Shown here: piece by piece, positions 1 through 9,184 of the stretch
How the letters are laid out: each line of letters opens with the position of its first letter
Numbering within the stretch: position 1 is the stretch's first letter
NCBI GenBank assembly: GCA_018825985.1
Contig: JAHKAP010000077.1
Coordinates: 566-64,565 of the forward strand
Direction of reading: 5' to 3'
From: Candidatus Omnitrophota bacterium
Lineage (GTDB): Bacteria; Omnitrophota; Gorgyraeia; Gygaellales; Profunditerraquicolaceae
Length of the DNA stretch: 64,000 bases
Made by a program: the position numbers and the translations under genes
The notes under the pieces: generated by a model
Told to the model about the DNA's origin: nothing
Database searches by the model: none
Seen by the model: the letters and a program-made list of their open reading frames with translations, nothing else

Positions 1-1431
1 CAGAAAAACCCGAAACGGCATAAGGAGCATTATCCCCCCAAAAACACAAATAAAAGCCAAGGCGAGCATAGACAATCTCATTGCCGCCGGCACTTCTTTT
101 ATATTCTTAAATTTATCTTTTAGCCGGCCTAAAAAAGCATACTTCTGCACCTTCATAAAAGAAGCTAGGGTCAAGATACTCCCTATTACGGCGCAAAGCC
201 CATAACCTAAATGACCGCTCTGAATACAAGCAAAGATAATAATAAGCTTACTGAAAAATCCGTTAAAAGGCGGGATCCCGGCAATAGACATCGAGGCAAT
301 CAGATTAGTCTTAGCAGTAACCGGCATAATTTTAGCTAAACCTGAGGTTTCTTTTAAATCTCTTGTCCCTAAGCAATAATCTATGGCCCCGGAATTTAAA
401 AAAAGCAGGGATTTAAATATAGAATGGTTAAACAAATGAAATAATCCTCCTAATATACCTAACGGCGTTCCTAACCCAATACCTAAAACTACGTAACCAA
501 TCTGGCTGATGGAATGATAGGCTAAAAGCCTCTTAAGATCCCACTGTGATAAAGCCAGGATAACCGCTACTAATAAGGATGCTGTGCCTAAAAACATCAA
601 CACGCTCAGATATGCCTGGGTTGAGCCGATGATGCTGAAAAAGACCCTGATTAAGGCATAAACCCCTAGGGTCTTGATTAAAATTCCGGAAAGCATAGCT
701 GAAATCGAAGCCGGAGCAGATGGATGGGCATCAGCAAGCCAGGCATGGAACGGCACCAAGGCAGCCTTCAAGCCAAAACCCATTAAAAATAAGGTCCCCA
801 CAAAAGGCAATACGTAGCTGCTGTGCTTAACGCTTAACACCCTGGCTATATCCGCCATATTCAAAGTAGAGGTAAAGCCGTATAAAAAGGCAATGCCAAT
901 AAAAATGAAACAAGAAGCAACTGAACCCATAATTGCGTATTTAAAAGACGCTTCCAGCTCCTCTGCCTCTGTGCCGAATGCCACTAAGGCATAGCTGGCG
1001 ATAGAGGCAATCTCCAAAAACACGAAAAGGTTGAACAGATCTCCTGTAATAATTATTCCGTTCATACCGCAGACCATTAAAGAAAACAGGGTAAAGAACT
1101 TTGGTTTATCGGTGTACCTTTCCATATAACTTAAGGAATATACGGCTACAAAAAATGAAACCAGGCTTACCATAACCAACATAAAAATACTTAACCCATC
1201 TAACACCAGGCTTATGCCAAAAGGAGGAACCCACCCGCCGATTTTGTAAACTAAAATTTTATCGGCTGTTGAGCTTAAATAAACAGCGCAGGATATAGAC
1301 AAAGCCAGGACTACCGCACTGCTTAAAGATATAGCTATCCCGGCAAAATGCCGGACATACTTGCCCAGTAATGAAATTAAAAACGCAGTTCCTAACGGAA
1401 TAATCACAAAAAAAGGAATGATATTTACCAT
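1..1431 (-). CDS. Mrp/Mbh antiporter-like membrane subunit (NuoN/NuoM/MnhD family), 3' partial (runs off window start)
   Basis: Manual minus-strand translation from the ATG at 1429-1431 gives a polytopic membrane protein (MVNIIPFFVIIPLGTAFL...HAWLADAHPSAPASISAML...) typical of the complex I NuoN/MnhD antiporter-like family. It continues beyond position 1. Confidence 0.6.
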   Translation of the reverse strand, partial: MVNIIPFFVIIPLGTAFLISLLGKYVRHFAGIAISLSSAVVLALSISCAVYLSSTADKILVYKIGGWVPPFGISLVLDGLSIFMLVMVSLVSFFVAVYSLSYMERYTDKPKFFTLFSLMVCGMNGIIITGDLFNLFVFLEIASIASYALVAFGTEAEELEASFKYAIMGSVASCFIFIGIAFLYGFTSTLNMADIARVLSVKHSSYVLPFVGTLFLMGFGLKAALVPFHAWLADAHPSAPASISAMLSGILIKTLGVYALIRVFFSIIGSTQAYLSVLMFLGTASLLVAVILALSQWDLKRLLAYHSISQIGYVVLGIGLGTPLGILGGLFHLFNHSIFKSLLFLNSGAIDYCLGTRDLKETSGLAKIMPVTAKTNLIASMSIAGIPPFNGFFSKLIIIFACIQSGHLGYGLCAVIGSILTLASFMKVQKYAFLGRLKDKFKNIKEVPAAMRLSMLALAFICVFGGIMLLMPFRVFL

Positions 1432-1440
1432 ATTCGGGCT

Positions 1441-1779
1441 TTAACCTCTCAGTTTATTTATTTTAGTAATGTCGAAGGTGCCATATTTATCATAAATCCT
1501 AATAGCAATAGAAATGACTAAAGCCGTAACCCCTAAGCCAATAATAATCGAAGTAAGCACCAGCGCCTGAGGTAGCGGGTCAACCATATTCAGGACATTC
1601 TGATCCATAGCTTCAATAGGAGACCTCCCCTGCATACGATACCCTAGTAAAACAAAAAATAGGTTCATGGAATATTCCATAATCCCCAGGCCTATGATCA
1701 TCTTAACTAAGTTGCGTTTGCGCAAAATTCCGTAAAACCCGACGCAAAACAATAATAAACATAACAGATAAAGGCTCAT
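1441..1779 (-). CDS. MnhC/NuoK-like small membrane subunit of the Mrp-type module
   Basis: A 112-aa, 3-TM hydrophobic protein between the MnhB-like and MnhD-like genes, in the size and position expected for MrpC/NuoK. Confidence 0.55.
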   Translation of the reverse strand: MSLYLLCLLLFCVGFYGILRKRNLVKMIIGLGIMEYSMNLFFVLLGYRMQGRSPIEAMDQNVLNMVDPLPQALVLTSIIIGLGVTALVISIAIRIYDKYGTFDITKINKLRG

Positions 1780-2229
1780 CTAACCTTCTTTCTTTGATTT
1801 CTCTAAAATCACCAGGGCCAGGAAAATAGCAAACAGCCCCACCCCTACTTTTATGCCTATGGCTATATTGCTTAAAGGTATACTTCCGGCGCTGAATAAT
1901 TTAAATGACTGGCCCTTGCCTAAAATGTTCAGGAAAAATGAACCGCCTAAAAAACCTAATAAGGCAACCCCTAAAAACATAAGAGCACCGATGCTTTCCA
2001 GATTTGATGCTAAGTTGCTGGAAATTTTGGCAACCGCCGTATCCTTACCAAAAGCAAGCATAAGGTGGACAAATGACAAGGCCACAATCACTCCTCCGGC
2101 AAAACCTCCACCCGGAGAAAGATGGCCATGCAATATAATATATATCCCAAACAGCAAAATCAAACCCACGGTCAAGCGGGTAATGGTCTTAACGATCAAG
2201 CTCATACCTGTCTTCGGATTATAATTCAT
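1780..2229 (-). CDS. MnhB-like membrane subunit (Mrp module)
   Basis: A 149-aa polytopic membrane protein with Gly-rich TM helices, located in the Mrp-like gene string. Confidence 0.45.
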   Translation of the reverse strand: MNYNPKTGMSLIVKTITRLTVGLILLFGIYIILHGHLSPGGGFAGGVIVALSFVHLMLAFGKDTAVAKISSNLASNLESIGALMFLGVALLGFLGGSFFLNILGKGQSFKLFSAGSIPLSNIAIGIKVGVGLFAIFLALVILEKSKKEG

Positions 2230-2230
2230 T

Positions 2231-2752
2231 TTATTTATTCTTCTTTCTTCCCGGACGGCGCAGGACCGCCATTATCCCGATTACAGAAGCAAACAAAACT
2301 GTTGCCTCGCCTAAGGTATCATAAGCCCTGAAGTCCAGAATCACCGCAGTAACAATATTTGCCGCTCCGGTAGAAACCCTGGCCTCGGCTAAATATTTCT
2401 TTACTACCAGCATTAAAGGCTCGCCAAAACGCGGCAATTCCTTTAAGGCAAGCCAGGCGCAAAACATAAATACAGCCATAAAAACTAAGGTTGAAATAGT
2501 ATTAAATACCCAGCGGCCCTCGATTACCAAAGGCAGATCCCTTTTAATTGTAGCCCGGATAAGGATAATTAAACAAAGGATCTCAACCACCAGCTGGGTA
2601 ATAGCTAAATCCGGGGCTTTTAGAATTAAAAAAGCAAGGCAGAGAGCAAAACCAACCGCGCCTACGGCAACTACACTTGAAAGCAAATCCTTTACCTCAA
2701 TAGCTATAATCGCCCCCAAGATCATGAATATTAAAAGTATGTGTAATTCCAT
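2231..2752 (-). CDS. MnhB/DUF4040-domain membrane subunit (Mrp module)
   Basis: A 173-aa membrane protein with a 4-nt spacing to its neighbours in the same operon context. Confidence 0.45.
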   Translation of the reverse strand: MELHILLIFMILGAIIAIEVKDLLSSVVAVGAVGFALCLAFLILKAPDLAITQLVVEILCLIILIRATIKRDLPLVIEGRWVFNTISTLVFMAVFMFCAWLALKELPRFGEPLMLVVKKYLAEARVSTGAANIVTAVILDFRAYDTLGEATVLFASVIGIMAVLRRPGRKKNK

Positions 2753-2753
2753 A

Positions 2754-4409
2754 TTATTTTAACAATACCCAAAAAAGGCCAATCATCCCCAACAATGTCC
2801 AGACTAAATAAGTAGGTAAAACCCCGTTATGTAAATACTGAAGTACGCGACCGATAGAAAATACTAAATTCTTTCCTTGCTCATAGATATCGAACAGTCC
2901 GGCCTGAGCCTTTTTGTAAACTAAAGCTAATACCGGCAACTCTTTGATGGTGTTATAAAAGTCAGTCCCGTTGATTTTATTCTCCTGAATATCCCTGGTT
3001 TCGCTTCCTGTAAATGGGTTATCCTGACGCAAAACAGGCCTTAACCATCTTAATTTAAATATCAAAAGCCCCAGAACTATACCAATGATAATAAGCCAAG
3101 TAGATAACAAAGCAGACCAGGTTCCGATAAAAGAAACCCCCTTTATAACCGGAAATATAAAGTATTTAAGCGGAATTTGATAAGCTAATACGCCGAATAT
3201 CACGCAAGTAATCGCTAATATTAAACAAGGCAGCCACATTTGCCAAGGAACCTCTTTTACTTGCCAGTTTGCTTTCCGGCCTAAAAAAACCGCATGAATT
3301 AGTTTCATAAAACTGGCTAAGGTCAGGCCCGAACCAAACATTGCCGCGGCCAGGCTAAAGATTGCTATAATACGCAATCCCTGATTACCGGTTCCTAATA
3401 GGCTAATAAGGCCCTGATAGATCATCCACTTAGAGACAAAACCGTTAAAAGGCGGAACACCGGATATAGAAAGGCTGGCAATCAAAGAAGAAATATAGGT
3501 AAGAGGCATGGATTTACCTAAACCGCCTAATTTATCGAGTTCAGAGGTTTTGGTACGATATTCTACGTTTCCGGCAGTTAAAAATAAACAGGATTTATAT
3601 ATTGTATTATTAAGCATATGGAATATGCCACCGGCAATGCCAATAGGATTACCGCTGCCTATACCTAAAATCATATACCCTACCTGAGATACTGCATGAT
3701 AACCCAAGAGCCTCTTCATATTATGTTGAACCAAAGCCATCATTACCCCGGCAATAATGGTAAAGGCCCCGGTAATCATAAGAAATATATTCATGGCCTG
3801 GCTCATCGTAAATATATCCAAAGAAATCCTGGTTAATAAATAAATCCCTAATAATTTATCCAGGGAAGCGAGTAAAAAAGCCACAACGGGAATAGGCGCG
3901 GATTTAGCGCAATCAGGGATCCAGGAATGAAAAGGCATTGCCCCGGCCTTGGCAAAACAGGCGATAGCCAGGCATAAGTATGCTAAAGTAGGTAGTAGGT
4001 AGTAGTTAGTAGATAGGGAAATCTTTATTTGGTCCATCTGAAAAGTTCCGGTCATATAATAGATTATACCTATACCAAACAACATTAAGGCATCCGTTCC
4101 TCCCACGATTATAAAAGTCTTTTTTGCTGCTGAGCTGGCATCATCATTTCCCATAATAATAAGAAGATATAAAGTCAGGCCTAAAAAACCCCAACAGACT
4201 AAAAGCAGGATAAGGTTGTTTGCAAACACGGTTCCTATCGCTGCCAAAGCAGTCAAGATTATATAAACATAATACTGGAACGTTTTGGGCTTGCCTTTTA
4301 TAAACTTAAATGAATAAATTAAAATCAAGGCGAGAAAACCAACTATAGCTAAAGCTATAAATCCGCTTAGCGCGTCTAATTTAAACCAGGGATAGAAGAT
4401 ATTAATCAT
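2754..4409 (-). CDS. NuoL/MnhA/MbhH-like proton/sodium-translocating membrane subunit
   Basis: A 551-aa protein with about 14 TM helices and antiporter-like motifs (WIPDCAKSAPIPVVAFL, ISQVGYMILG). Residues 3981-4016 contain a copy of the TAG-rich repeat. Confidence 0.7.
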   Translation of the reverse strand: MINIFYPWFKLDALSGFIALAIVGFLALILIYSFKFIKGKPKTFQYYVYIILTALAAIGTVFANNLILLLVCWGFLGLTLYLLIIMGNDDASSAAKKTFIIVGGTDALMLFGIGIIYYMTGTFQMDQIKISLSTNYYLLPTLAYLCLAIACFAKAGAMPFHSWIPDCAKSAPIPVVAFLLASLDKLLGIYLLTRISLDIFTMSQAMNIFLMITGAFTIIAGVMMALVQHNMKRLLGYHAVSQVGYMILGIGSGNPIGIAGGIFHMLNNTIYKSCLFLTAGNVEYRTKTSELDKLGGLGKSMPLTYISSLIASLSISGVPPFNGFVSKWMIYQGLISLLGTGNQGLRIIAIFSLAAAMFGSGLTLASFMKLIHAVFLGRKANWQVKEVPWQMWLPCLILAITCVIFGVLAYQIPLKYFIFPVIKGVSFIGTWSALLSTWLIIIGIVLGLLIFKLRWLRPVLRQDNPFTGSETRDIQENKINGTDFYNTIKELPVLALVYKKAQAGLFDIYEQGKNLVFSIGRVLQYLHNGVLPTYLVWTLLGMIGLFWVLLK

Positions 4410-4542
4410 GATTTTATTTGAAGCTTTCTCAGGTTTACGGCACGTAATTTACCAAGATTATGCCTATAAACGAGTTCGGGCAAAATTTTGTGCACCAGGC
4501 TAAATTTATCCATAAAGCTTCTGATTACAGCGATTAAACACA

Positions 4543-4665
4543 GATTACAGAGATTAATTAGCGACGAAAAATCGCTGGAATCTTTTTTCCCGCCATGTTA
4601 ATTAAAGTAGTTAACGGGATCCCGCCTGCTGCTAGATTTACTTGGCGGGAAAAATCTCTGTAATC
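4543..4665 (-). ncRNA. Structured intercistronic RNA element with alternative pairings
   Basis: A 13-bp perfect outer stem (gattacagagatt / aatctctgtaatc) encloses an 11-bp stem (ttttttcccgcc / ggcgggaaaaa). A second ggcgggat copy could pair with the same cccgcc strand. There are further small hairpins and a duplicated gattacag. Confidence 0.3.
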
Positions 4666-4682
4666 AAGTTATTTCCCTTTTG

Positions 4683-5315
4683 CTACAAACTTGGGAAAGA
4701 ACTTTTTATTTTAGTTAAATTCCTGGCGATATTTTTAGTATGATGATAAACCTCAGCCGTAAAATCCAGGATATTAAGATACATATTACAGCCTATCGGG
4801 TTACAGACACCATCAATCATCCTCTCGGTATGCTTTTTGCGGTAAACATCAACCAGATTATTCACGCCCTTATGCCCCTTAGAAAGTTCTTTTAAAACAC
4901 ATAATTCGTTCCTACTTAAAGCGTCAACCAAATTATTTAATTCTTCTTCTACTTTATTATACAAAACAACATATTCCTTTACTGTCTCATCGCTAAAAAG
5001 CAATTTCTCTTCAATCTTAATCTCAACCCTTTCTAATATATCCTTGCAGTAATCGCCGATAAGCTCTAAATCCCCCGCCACCTCGGAATACAGAATCGCA
5101 TCCTGTTTCACCTCTTTATTCGTAACTTTAACTAAATCAACCAGCTGGTGGTTTATTTCTTTTTCATAATTATTCAGCTTATCTTCATCTTCCAAAACCT
5201 TAGCTAATAAATCCAGGTCGTGCTCCATAAAGGTTTGAAAGGTAGTCTGCCACATCTTTAAAGACAACTTAGCCATTTCTATGATTTTGTTTCTTATCTC
5301 ATTTAATTGTTCCAT
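4683..5315 (-). CDS. PhoU-domain-like helical protein embedded in the hydrogenase operon
   Basis: A 210-aa all-helical protein. The segment ...ILYSEVAGDLELIGDYCKDILERV... resembles the PhoU LERIGDhA.NIAE repeat. It overlaps the large-subunit gene by 17 nt. Confidence 0.35.
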   Translation of the reverse strand: MEQLNEIRNKIIEMAKLSLKMWQTTFQTFMEHDLDLLAKVLEDEDKLNNYEKEINHQLVDLVKVTNKEVKQDAILYSEVAGDLELIGDYCKDILERVEIKIEEKLLFSDETVKEYVVLYNKVEEELNNLVDALSRNELCVLKELSKGHKGVNNLVDVYRKKHTERMIDGVCNPIGCNMYLNILDFTAEVYHHTKNIARNLTKIKSSFPSL

Positions 5316-6498
5316 GGCCCATTCTTTCTTTAAGCGCTTCTGTCTTGTCTTGAGATAATTTAATCAAATCGAAGCCGTTTAAGATTTTTCTATCTGAGGA
5401 TTTCTCAATAACCGCGGTCCTTTCAGTGCAACAATAACAGGGGTCAACCGCAGCTAAGGTAATTGCCGCATCCGAGATAGTCCCGCCGACTGCCCCTACT
5501 TTATTAGAAGCTACATTCATATAGCTGGGAGCGCGGATCTTATGCCTTATTGGCCGGTTAGTCCCGTCAGACTTTACATAATGGAAACACTCACCGCGGG
5601 GCGCCTCAATCCTTCCTATCCCAACTCCTGCAGGTATTTGTTTAACATTAGCGTCAAATTCTCCCTTGGGCATCTTATCTAAACATTGACGGATAATACT
5701 TATTGACTCTCCTAATTCCAAAATTCTCACTACTGTTTTAGCAAAGATATCCCCCTCTTCCTGGACAATAACCTTCCAATTTACCATATCATAAGCCGCA
5801 TAAGGGTCATCCCGGCGCAGGTCCATGTTTAATCCTGAGGCCCGGGCCGTAGGCCCAACTACGCACCAATCTATAGCCTGTTGTTTGGTTAAAATTCCTA
5901 CCCCTTTAAGCCGGGATTGAATAACCGGATCATCCATAACCGCGCCCTTAAACATAGCCACTATCGGGACTAAATCATCCAAGGTCTTCTTTAATGCCGG
6001 TATGTCTTCATCTAAAATATCCCTTCTCACCCCGCCTATTTTCATCATAGCGTAGTGGTTACGGTTACCGGAAATCATTTCAAACATATCTAAGACCGGC
6101 TCGCGGTATTTCCAGGCCCACATCCAAACCGTATTGTAACCTATAAAATGGCCGGCTAAACCCAGCCATAAAAGATGGCTATGGATCCTTTCTAATTCAG
6201 CGATTATAGTCCGGATATAAAGGGCCTTTTCCGGCACTTGGATCCCAGCTAAATCCTCCATTGCCTGACAATAAGCTATAGGATGGCTATTAGAGCAAAT
6301 CCCGCAGATGCGTTCAACCAAAAAGGCAACCTGGTCAAAATGCTTGGATTCAGATAACTTTTCAATCCCCCGGTGCAAATAACCTATAACAATATCTATG
6401 TCTACTACCTTCTCTCCTTCAACATAGAGCCGGAAATACTCAGGCTCTTCCTGTAATGGATGGTATGGCCCGATAGGAACAACTACTTTATGCGACAT
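5299..6498 (-). CDS. [NiFe]-hydrogenase large subunit, group 4 (MbhL/EchE/NuoD-like)
   Basis: The N-terminal motif RICGICSNSH and the C-terminal motif DPCYCC..R provide the four Ni-Fe ligating cysteines, which NuoD lacks. The 399-aa length fits energy-converting hydrogenases. Confidence 0.85.
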   Translation of the reverse strand: MSHKVVVPIGPYHPLQEEPEYFRLYVEGEKVVDIDIVIGYLHRGIEKLSESKHFDQVAFLVERICGICSNSHPIAYCQAMEDLAGIQVPEKALYIRTIIAELERIHSHLLWLGLAGHFIGYNTVWMWAWKYREPVLDMFEMISGNRNHYAMMKIGGVRRDILDEDIPALKKTLDDLVPIVAMFKGAVMDDPVIQSRLKGVGILTKQQAIDWCVVGPTARASGLNMDLRRDDPYAAYDMVNWKVIVQEEGDIFAKTVVRILELGESISIIRQCLDKMPKGEFDANVKQIPAGVGIGRIEAPRGECFHYVKSDGTNRPIRHKIRAPSYMNVASNKVGAVGGTISDAAITLAAVDPCYCCTERTAVIEKSSDRKILNGFDLIKLSQDKTEALKERMGHGTIK

Positions 6499-6541
6499 TG
6501 AACACCTCGATACGTCTGCCTCAGGCAGACATTTAGTGAAA

Positions 6542-6590
6542 CCCCCGTCGTTTTGATTCGGTTCTACAAAGCAAAACGAACCAGCGGGGG
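6542..6590 (-). ncRNA. Intercistronic pseudoknot-like element
   Basis: cccccg...gttttg...cggttc...caaaac...gaacc...cggggg gives interleaved complementary segments (A-B-A'-B') inside a 6-bp outer stem. An adjacent hairpin gtctgcc-tca-ggcagac lies at 6514-6530. Confidence 0.25.
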
Positions 6591-6605
6591 TAAAAACACC
6601 TTTTA

Positions 6606-7076
6606 TTAATCATTTTTTTTATCTTCATGACTATGTTCATGCTCGTGGTCATGATCATGCCTTAAAGGAAATTCGCCCTGCGGCCATTCTTCAGCCAGAA
6701 GCAGACGCTTGAGATTGGGGTGACCGATGAAATTAATCCCTAATAACTCCCAAATCTCTCTTTCTATCCATTCAGCCCCGATAATTATAGGGGTAATTGA
6801 ATCTACTTTAGGATTTTTCCTATCTTCCAAATTCACCCGCAAGGATATAACTTCGCCAGACGCATCAGCGCTAAAATGATAAATTATCTCAAAGCCATCA
6901 GGGTTTTCCTGCCCTGAGGAAGTAATAAACCTTAAACCTAACTCCTTAAATAATAAGGTTACTGCTGTTTTTAAATCTTTCTGCTTAATTAGGATGTATA
7001 TCCTTCTAGGTGAATGCTCATTATAATCAATTATGGCCCGGGATAATTTTTCCTTAATCTTTTCGCGTATAGACAT
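6606..7076 (-). CDS. NuoC/MbhK-like hydrogenase subunit with His-rich C-terminal tail
   Basis: A 156-aa protein with the complex I 30-kDa subunit fold (GAEWIEREIWELLGI). It ends in HDHDHEHEHSHEDKKND. Confidence 0.75.
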   Translation of the reverse strand: MSIREKIKEKLSRAIIDYNEHSPRRIYILIKQKDLKTAVTLLFKELGLRFITSSGQENPDGFEIIYHFSADASGEVISLRVNLEDRKNPKVDSITPIIIGAEWIEREIWELLGINFIGHPNLKRLLLAEEWPQGEFPLRHDHDHEHEHSHEDKKND

Positions 7077-7184
7077 TATTTATTACTCCTTATCCTCCCA
7101 CGCCTTTTAATAGACGCGTAAAAACTCTGACGGGCTTTGGAGGATTTCGCTAAATTAGCAAAACATAACACTTATTTAAATATC

Positions 7185-7619
7185 CTATACTTTGCTTGTT
7201 GTGTGCTTAACTTTTTCTATTAACTTAACAACGCCGGCAATAATCGCCTCGGGCTTTGGCGGGCAACCCGGAACATAAGCATCCACAGGGATTACTTCGT
7301 CTACCGGACAAGGGCTATTGTAAGATTCTCTAAACATTATCCTTCCGCAGGCGCAGCTACCGATGGCAATCACTAAACAGGGCTTAGGCGCTTGTTCATA
7401 AAGCCTCTTCAATATCCCTTTGCTCTTATAATTTGGCACTCCGGTAACCAAAAGCACATCCGCATGCCTGACACTTCCCGCCAAGGTTATCCCAAACCTC
7501 TCCACATCATGGCGGGGTGTTAAGACATCCAAAATCTCAATGTCGCAGTTATTGCAAGGCGAAGCTGCGGCGTGGAATACCCATAATGATTTAGTGAGAG
7601 CCTTAAGTTTGATATTCAT
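7185..7619 (-). CDS. [NiFe]-hydrogenase small subunit (NuoB/MbhJ-like)
   Basis: Cys pattern ...SPCNNCD...GSCACGR...PGCPP for the proximal 4Fe-4S cluster, in a 144-aa protein. Confidence 0.8.
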   Translation of the reverse strand: MNIKLKALTKSLWVFHAAASPCNNCDIEILDVLTPRHDVERFGITLAGSVRHADVLLVTGVPNYKSKGILKRLYEQAPKPCLVIAIGSCACGRIMFRESYNSPCPVDEVIPVDAYVPGCPPKPEAIIAGVVKLIEKVKHTTSKV

Positions 7620-7620
7620 A

Positions 7621-8532
7621 TTATAATCCTAAAATCGCTAATATTAAACCGATTAACGCTACTAAAGTTAATTTTCCCCAGAAAAACCTGACCGCTTGAT
7701 CGATACGCACCCTGGGATTGGTATTTTTTATCAGGATTATTATGACCAATATAGCGATAAATTTTCCGATTAAAAATAAGGGGCTTAAATCCTTAGCCCA
7801 GAATAGCGTTATTAGAAATATAGGCAAAGTATAAAGCAATAGAGCCTTAATTAGTTTAAAGATCGCCAAAGGAAGACCGGAATATTCAATTAGGGTTCCA
7901 GCCATTATCTCCTGCTCAGCCTCAGAGATATCAAAAGGGGCAAAGCCTAACTTAGCCTGGATACAAAGTATAGCCACTATAAAAGCTATTGCCCCGGAGA
8001 AAGAAATTATATTGGAGCCAAAACTGACCTGATGGGCCAATATATTTCCTAACTGAATACTCCCGCCGGATCTTAGGATAATCGTAATAACGGATAATAG
8101 AAATGGCAGCTCATAAGCTAAAACTAATTTCATCTCTCGGGAAGCGCCTACCGAGGCTAAAGGGTTAGCTGATGCAGATGCCCCGATAATCATAGCTATC
8201 GCCGGTATAGTCATAAGATATAAAACTACAATCAAATCCCCCAAAAAACCCTGACCAGGATAAATAATATTTAGCCCTAAGATAGTGCTAACTAAGCCTA
8301 AGCTTAATACCCCTAAGAAAGGAGCTAAGAGAAATGTGATTTTCGCGCCTTCAGGAAAAATAATCTCTTTGCCTAATAATTTTATAATATCCACAAAGTT
8401 CTGATACCAGGGCGGGCCTACTCTCCATTGTAAGCGGGCAGTAACCTTTCTATCTACCCAACAGGCCAATAGCCCGATAACTACGCTAAACAAGAAACCC
8501 GGAAATATAAAATAATAAAATAGGGCTTTCAT
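7621..8532 (-). CDS. NuoH/MbhM-like membrane anchor subunit
   Basis: A 303-aa polytopic protein adjacent to the small subunit. NuoH-like helices and a charged loop are visible. Confidence 0.65.
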   Translation of the reverse strand: MKALFYYFIFPGFLFSVVIGLLACWVDRKVTARLQWRVGPPWYQNFVDIIKLLGKEIIFPEGAKITFLLAPFLGVLSLGLVSTILGLNIIYPGQGFLGDLIVVLYLMTIPAIAMIIGASASANPLASVGASREMKLVLAYELPFLLSVITIILRSGGSIQLGNILAHQVSFGSNIISFSGAIAFIVAILCIQAKLGFAPFDISEAEQEIMAGTLIEYSGLPLAIFKLIKALLLYTLPIFLITLFWAKDLSPLFLIGKFIAILVIIILIKNTNPRVRIDQAVRFFWGKLTLVALIGLILAILGL

Positions 8533-9020
8533 TTCTTTTTAGGCTGGATATCCTCTCTTAACCATTTCCTGGAACACACTGCCAGGGTATTGCCTATAAA
8601 ATAAATATTCTGCTCAATATTCTCTTCGACTTCCCGAACCTCAATTGCCTTTTCAGGACAATTAGTAACGCATACCGGCATCGCATCAGCCTTAGTTATA
8701 CAAAAATCACAGCGTGAATCCAGGTATGGTATAAAATCCGTAAGAATCGTGCCAAAAGGACAGGCAATAACGCAAGACTTACAGCTGGTGCAACGCATAT
8801 TGTAACGTTTCAATATCCCGTCAGGCTGTTTTTCCAGGGCATCATGATAACAAGAGTTTACGCAAGGCGCTTCTTCGCAATGCCGGCAAAATAAAGTAAA
8901 GGTGGCATATTCGCGTAAAGAGGTAACTCCGTTATTCTGCGGATGATACAAATAACTGCAAGATGCCCGGCACTCCTTACAGTTATTGCAAATATCCAGA
9001 TCGATATATAATCTTTTCAT
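8529..9020 (-). CDS. 2x[4Fe-4S] ferredoxin-like subunit (MbhN/NuoI-like)
   Basis: Multiple CxxCxxCxxxCP-type motifs (CNNCKECRASC, CRHCEEAPCVNSC, CTSCKSCVIACP, CDFCITKADAMPVCVTNCP). Confidence 0.65.
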   Translation of the reverse strand: MKRLYIDLDICNNCKECRASCSYLYHPQNNGVTSLREYATFTLFCRHCEEAPCVNSCYHDALEKQPDGILKRYNMRCTSCKSCVIACPFGTILTDFIPYLDSRCDFCITKADAMPVCVTNCPEKAIEVREVEENIEQNIYFIGNTLAVCSRKWLREDIQPKKK

Positions 9021-9021
9021 G

Positions 9022-9184
9022 ATCAGTAGGTAGTATGTAGTAGATAGTATATAGGGAAACTAAAACCTATCTAACAACTAATATATATTGCTTTAATTAA
9101 TCAGTAGGAAGCATGTAGTAGATAATATATAGAAAAACCAAACCCTACCTACTACCTACTAACTACTATATACTGGTTCATCAG
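9022..9184. repeat. TAG/CTA-rich low-complexity repeat cluster
   Basis: Two direct copies of about 40 bp (9022-9060 atcagtaggtagtatgtagtagatagtatatagggaaac; 9100-9140 atcagtaggaagcatgtagtagataatatatagaaaaacc) plus a compositionally related inverted CTA-rich copy at 9141-9184. A related sequence lies inside coding DNA at 3981-4016. Confidence 0.5.

Noticed and set aside
1853-2331. Plus-strand ORFs (1853-2224, 2122-2331) antisense to the MnhB-like genes
   Set aside because: They lie entirely within better-supported minus-strand membrane-protein genes. Their composition is low-complexity with no motifs, so they are shadow ORFs.
5299-6498. Complex I NuoD rather than hydrogenase
   Set aside because: Both N-terminal (RICGIC) and C-terminal (DPCYCC) Ni-Fe ligating cysteine pairs are present. 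NuoD lacks them.
9021-9184. Possible CRISPR array (repeated ~40-bp units)
   Set aside because: There are only two direct copies plus one inverted partner, with unequal spacing and about 85% identity, and no cas genes. This is not a CRISPR array.
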